Source: a virus. Taken from it: a DNA stretch of 52,990 nucleotides. The DNA lies in the IMG/VR virus record IMGVR_UViG_3300045988_126024; one strand, written 5' to 3'. A program made the translations under genes and the position numbers. The notes beneath the pieces are model-generated. The model was not told where the DNA came from, made no database searches, and saw nothing but the letters and a program-made list of their open reading frames with translations. Below, in pieces: positions 50,253 to 52,990 of this stretch (position 1 is its first letter; every line of letters starts with the position of its first letter).

Positions 50253-50507
50253 ATGACAGATAAAGAAAGACTTGCAGCAATTCGCAAAGAATTGAAAGAA
50301 CACGGCTACAATAACCGCCGTGTCGGTGTATCTTATGACGGCTATGCAATTCGGCTAAATATTAAAGAATTAGCCATTGACAAAAAAGAGATTGAAAACA
50401 TAGCAATGAAATACGAAAATTACAGCCGTGATGAACGCACAGGCGAGATTTTAAGCGGTGGCAATACATTTGTATTTGTTGACTATGATTACCGCTTGAC
50501 AGCATAA
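50253..50507 (+). CDS. Small moron protein resembling polyvalent-protein-associated (LPD-type) domains
   Basis: Contains RLAAIRKELKEHGY...VGVSYDGYAIRLNI...NTFVFVDYDY, a pattern recalled from ICE/phage polyvalent proteins. Confidence 0.4.
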   Translation: MTDKERLAAIRKELKEHGYNNRRVGVSYDGYAIRLNIKELAIDKKEIENIAMKYENYSRDERTGEILSGGNTFVFVDYDYRLTA

Positions 50508-50519
50508 AGGGGCTTAAAA

Positions 50520-50714
50520 ATGAAAACAACAACACTTGCAAATGATATTTATATTCAGGGCTATGGTACATTACCCAAAGGCTTAAAATTGAATGTGAGC
50601 CGTTTTAACAGCCGCTATATATACGCTGATTTGAACGGTTGCACATTGCAGTTGACCTATAAAGATACAACATCAAAAAGACCAAAAAAGGCAACATCAA
50701 GGGCGGTACAATAA
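50520..50714 (+). CDS. Hypothetical 64-aa protein (moron)
   Basis: Complete ORF, co-transcribed with the 50253 gene. Confidence 0.45.
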   Translation: MKTTTLANDIYIQGYGTLPKGLKLNVSRFNSRYIYADLNGCTLQLTYKDTTSKRPKKATSRAVQ

Positions 50715-50720
50715 CCGCCC
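50701..50720. terminator. Terminator at the convergence of the plus-strand morons and the ParB-like gene
   Basis: GGGCGGT-ACAATA-ACCGCCC followed by T5. Confidence 0.65.
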
Positions 50721-50723
50721 TTT

Positions 50724-51386
50724 TTATTTTGCTATGCGCATGATTTTGTCAACGGTCAAATATTCTTCACATACTGGCGTGCTGATTTTCTTGTAGAATT
50801 CTGCACGCTGCTTTTCGTCCTCAAATACAAGAATAGAATAAAAGTTGATATTATTCTTATCTTGCATTCTCTCTTTGCCCGCTTCTCTTGCCGCTTTGAC
50901 TTCTTCAAGTCCCTGCTTCACTTCTTGCGCTTCGGGGGTCTCAAATAGCTGCGTGAACTTTTCGTCACCGTCATACATGAAATCCACATCAGTTTTAGAA
51001 AAGCCCATATCGTCAAAGTCAATACCAAATTCTTCCGTCATATCCGCTAATGCGTCTAAATCCCAGTCGCCCTGCATTGACGGGTTGTTCAACTGAACAT
51101 TTAGTATTGCTTCTTCCTGTTCGTCAACATCAATTACACAAACATCAAGCGTATAATCTTTGCTGCGCTCTAATGCGTCTAACTGTTCAAGTCTTTGGTG
51201 CCCACCTACAAGGTTGCCCGTTCGTCTATTCCAAGTCAGAGTAGATACAAGCCCGTGCTTTCTCAAACCGTCTTTAAGTCGCTTTTTCGCTTCTTTATCC
51301 ATAATGCGTGGGTTGTAGTCGGCGTTCTTAATATCTGCCCTGTTGATTGTTTCAACTGTGAATTTTTGATATTTACTTTGTGCCAT
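50724..51386 (-). CDS. ParB/Srx-fold N-terminal domain protein (no methylase domain)
   Basis: Contains IKNADYNPRIMDKEAKKRLKDGLRKHGLVSTLTWNRRTGNLVGGHQRLEQL...ILNVQLNN. Confidence 0.75.
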   Translation of the reverse strand: MAQSKYQKFTVETINRADIKNADYNPRIMDKEAKKRLKDGLRKHGLVSTLTWNRRTGNLVGGHQRLEQLDALERSKDYTLDVCVIDVDEQEEAILNVQLNNPSMQGDWDLDALADMTEEFGIDFDDMGFSKTDVDFMYDGDEKFTQLFETPEAQEVKQGLEEVKAAREAGKERMQDKNNINFYSILVFEDEKQRAEFYKKISTPVCEEYLTVDKIMRIAK

Positions 51387-51391
51387 TTGGC

Positions 51392-51610
51392 TTAACCTCC
51401 ACTGCTGCCGCTACCCCTGCTTCTGCTTGCCTTTAGCATTGTTCCTTTGTTCACTTTCATTCTGTTAGGAACTCTTACCATAGGCTTATCTCGCAGCATA
51501 CTTACATGATTTCGTGCGTTTCTTGCTCTTTCCTCTTTCGATTGTGAAGAATAATAGGTAGCGGGTGTTGTTCTGACAATTTTTTGTGTTCTCTTAAATG
51601 TTCTTGCCAC
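51392..51610 (-). CDS. Arg-rich 72-aa protein ending in Gly-Gly
   Basis: Complete ORF MARTFKRTQKIVR...SRSRGSGSSGG*, packed between the PP-loop and ParB-like genes. Confidence 0.5.
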   Translation of the reverse strand: MARTFKRTQKIVRTTPATYYSSQSKEERARNARNHVSMLRDKPMVRVPNRMKVNKGTMLKASRSRGSGSSGG

Positions 51611-51623
51611 TCAATCACCTACT

Positions 51624-52286
51624 TTACTTGCCGTACTTTTCAAATCTTTCAACTGCCGCACCTGCAAACGGATAAACCTTTAATATCTTTTCATAATCTG
51701 CGGGGTACATATTTTTGATTGTTGCCAACTCACACCCTGCTAAACTGCGAAAAGAAAAGCCGATTTTCTTTTGTTCGGGGCTTAAATACAGTTTTTTGTA
51801 TTTGATGTACTGTAATACTTCTTGTTTGTTCCAATATGCAATAGGGTAAAAGCGTCCTCGCTTATAGTCTATGCTGCCGCTCTGCTTAATCATTGCATTA
51901 CGCACAATACTATCAGCACAACGCTCACCCGCTGCAATCCAATGTATGCCCGTTCTTTGCCTTAAATATTCGTAAGTGTCTGTAATACCTACAATATCCA
52001 CATTCGGGTCAAACATTGTAAAACTGCCGTACTTTAAGAAGTTTGAACACTCAAAGTGCGGCAGCCTGATGATTTCTATGCCGTATTTATTCTCATACCT
52101 CTTTAGCATTCTTTCTTGGAATTCCAAGTCGGGTACAAGATACATAAAGAACGGCACAACCCTTTTGAAGTACCTAACGCACAAATCAAGCGTTACAATG
52201 CTATCCTTGCCGCCACTAAAGCCGACAATGACGCTATCTGTAACGCTTGCCTGTGTTTTAATGGGGTCAAATAACAAATTGCTCAT
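51624..52286 (-). CDS. PAPS-reductase-like PP-loop ATP pyrophosphatase
   Basis: PP-loop motif VGFSGGKDSIVTLD. 220 aa. Confidence 0.8.
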   Translation of the reverse strand: MSNLLFDPIKTQASVTDSVIVGFSGGKDSIVTLDLCVRYFKRVVPFFMYLVPDLEFQERMLKRYENKYGIEIIRLPHFECSNFLKYGSFTMFDPNVDIVGITDTYEYLRQRTGIHWIAAGERCADSIVRNAMIKQSGSIDYKRGRFYPIAYWNKQEVLQYIKYKKLYLSPEQKKIGFSFRSLAGCELATIKNMYPADYEKILKVYPFAGAAVERFEKYGK

Positions 52287-52288
52287 TA

Positions 52289-52447
52289 TTAACCCCCCAT
52301 TCCGCCGTTAGACTTTCTTCGGAAGCCGTTGTATGCGTCCCGTCGGGTACGACCGAACACACCAGCCATACCTCTTGACTGACCTGTAGCCTTTGCAATT
52401 CGGGACTGCATAGGGGTCTGTCTGCTGCCGTATTTATTCTGTGCCAT
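52289..52447 (-). CDS. Basic 52-aa protein ending in Gly-Gly
   Basis: GGGAGGTGAGAGC precedes ATG 52447. Hand-translated as MAQNKYGSRQTPMQSRIAKATGQSRGMAGVFGRTRRDAYNGFRRKSNGGMGG*. This replaces the ORF-track frame 52267..52455. Confidence 0.5.
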   Translation of the reverse strand: MAQNKYGSRQTPMQSRIAKATGQSRGMAGVFGRTRRDAYNGFRRKSNGGMGG

Positions 52448-52467
52448 GCTCTCACCTCCCTTTATTG

Positions 52468-52869
52468 TTATTCCATATCCTCAACATCTTTGTCAGTTGC
52501 AGGCTGAACGCTGATATTGATTGTGGGTGCTGCACTTTCGGCGGTTTTTGCTTCCGTGTCGCCAACTATTTCGAGTATCTTCGCTATTGCGCTTGCGTCG
52601 CCTGTTGCTGCTGCTTTCATATACATACGAGCCATTAAAAGCATAATGTTTTGTTGTTCTTCGTCCTCAATGCCGAGATTTGATAAAAATTTCTTGTTAT
52701 TTTCGCCTGTAACATCAAGTGAAAGTATCATATTTAGGCATTCTTTTGCTTTCTTTCGCTTCCTTTGTACTTCCTGTGACTTCTTACCGCCTTTTCGTCC
52801 CGCTTCTCTCGCTTGCTCCACGGTTTTGAAGGGCTTCAAATTGTCAATATTTCCTTTTTTCTTTGCCAA
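52468..52869 (-). CDS. terS: Putative terminase small subunit
   Basis: TTG start 8 nt after AGGAGG. The basic N-terminus NLKPFKTVEQAREAGRKGGKKSQEVQRKRKK is typical of small Firmicutes-phage TerS proteins. It is not adjacent to terL. Confidence 0.5.
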   Translation of the reverse strand: MAKKKGNIDNLKPFKTVEQAREAGRKGGKKSQEVQRKRKKAKECLNMILSLDVTGENNKKFLSNLGIEDEEQQNIMLLMARMYMKAAATGDASAIAKILEIVGDTEAKTAESAAPTINISVQPATDKDVEDME

Positions 52870-52887
52870 ATTGCAGCCCTCCTTTTT

Positions 52888-52990
52888 TTACACTTTTTTT
52901 AGGTATTTTGACGCAACATAAAAATACTCGCTGCCGACTTTGATTTTTGCCCATTTGTAGCCGTCTGCCGTCTTGCTATATCCTTTGACG
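52888..52990 (-). CDS. 3' end of the M23 peptidase gene (duplicate of 1..99 plus the last codon and stop)
   Basis: Reading ...KYLKKV-TAA, with the stop at 52890-52888. This overlaps the TerS SD. Confidence 0.8.
   Translation of the reverse strand, partial: VKGYSKTADGYKWAKIKVGSEYFYVASKYLKKV
52892..52990. repeat. Terminal direct repeat copy 2
   Basis: Identical to 1..99. Confidence 0.9.

Noticed and set aside
52267-52455. 62-aa ORF in the ORF track
   Set aside because: A different frame (52289..52447) has a strong GGGAGGTG SD and tight stop-start packing with the neighbouring genes.
1-52990. tRNA, tmRNA, rRNA genes and CRISPR arrays
   Set aside because: The non-coding gaps are short (under 220 bp) and are accounted for by promoters, leaders and terminators. 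No cloverleaf-like GTTCGAATC-type T-arm motif was noticed. This was a visual scan only; tRNAscan-SE would be decisive.

Overview
The window is a complete, circularly closed genome (about 52.9 kb) of a temperate tailed phage, apparently from a Firmicutes-type host. Bases 1-99 are identical to 52892-52990, and one ORF reads across that junction. About 85% of genes are on the minus strand. In transcription order (descending coordinates) the minus-strand modules are: Cro-like early operon (14.8 kb down to 0.9 kb) carrying an ERF/SSB/NinB/RusA recombination-replication module, dUTPase and many small Cys-rich ORFs; a putative late regulator; an M23 peptidase; TerS; a PP-loop/ParB cluster; TerL; an SPP1-type portal; MuF; scaffold; capsid; neck; sheath/tube-like tail; tape measure; baseplate; two tail fibres; XhlA-holin-amidase lysis cassette; and a moron island next to the integrase. 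The plus strand carries a CI-like repressor, a large serine integrase with a coupled resolvase-like ORF, and three small moron units. Features not explained by the gene map: (1) five copies of a promoter plus 5' stem-loop cassette; (2) a dispersed TTGCACAAA operator-like motif, including a 23-bp exact repeat; (3) at least 10 intrinsic-terminator-like hairpins placed in front of essential late genes; (4) three free-standing homing-endonuclease cassettes, each with a perfect TTGACA-17-TATAAT promoter and a covarying structured leader; (5) a PAPS-reductase-like/ParB-like cluster with two tiny Gly-Gly-terminated basic ORFs between TerS and TerL; (6) a frameshifted ninB; (7) a MuF protein with an extra C-terminal domain. 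All homology calls rest on motif recognition by eye and on synteny. No database search was run.
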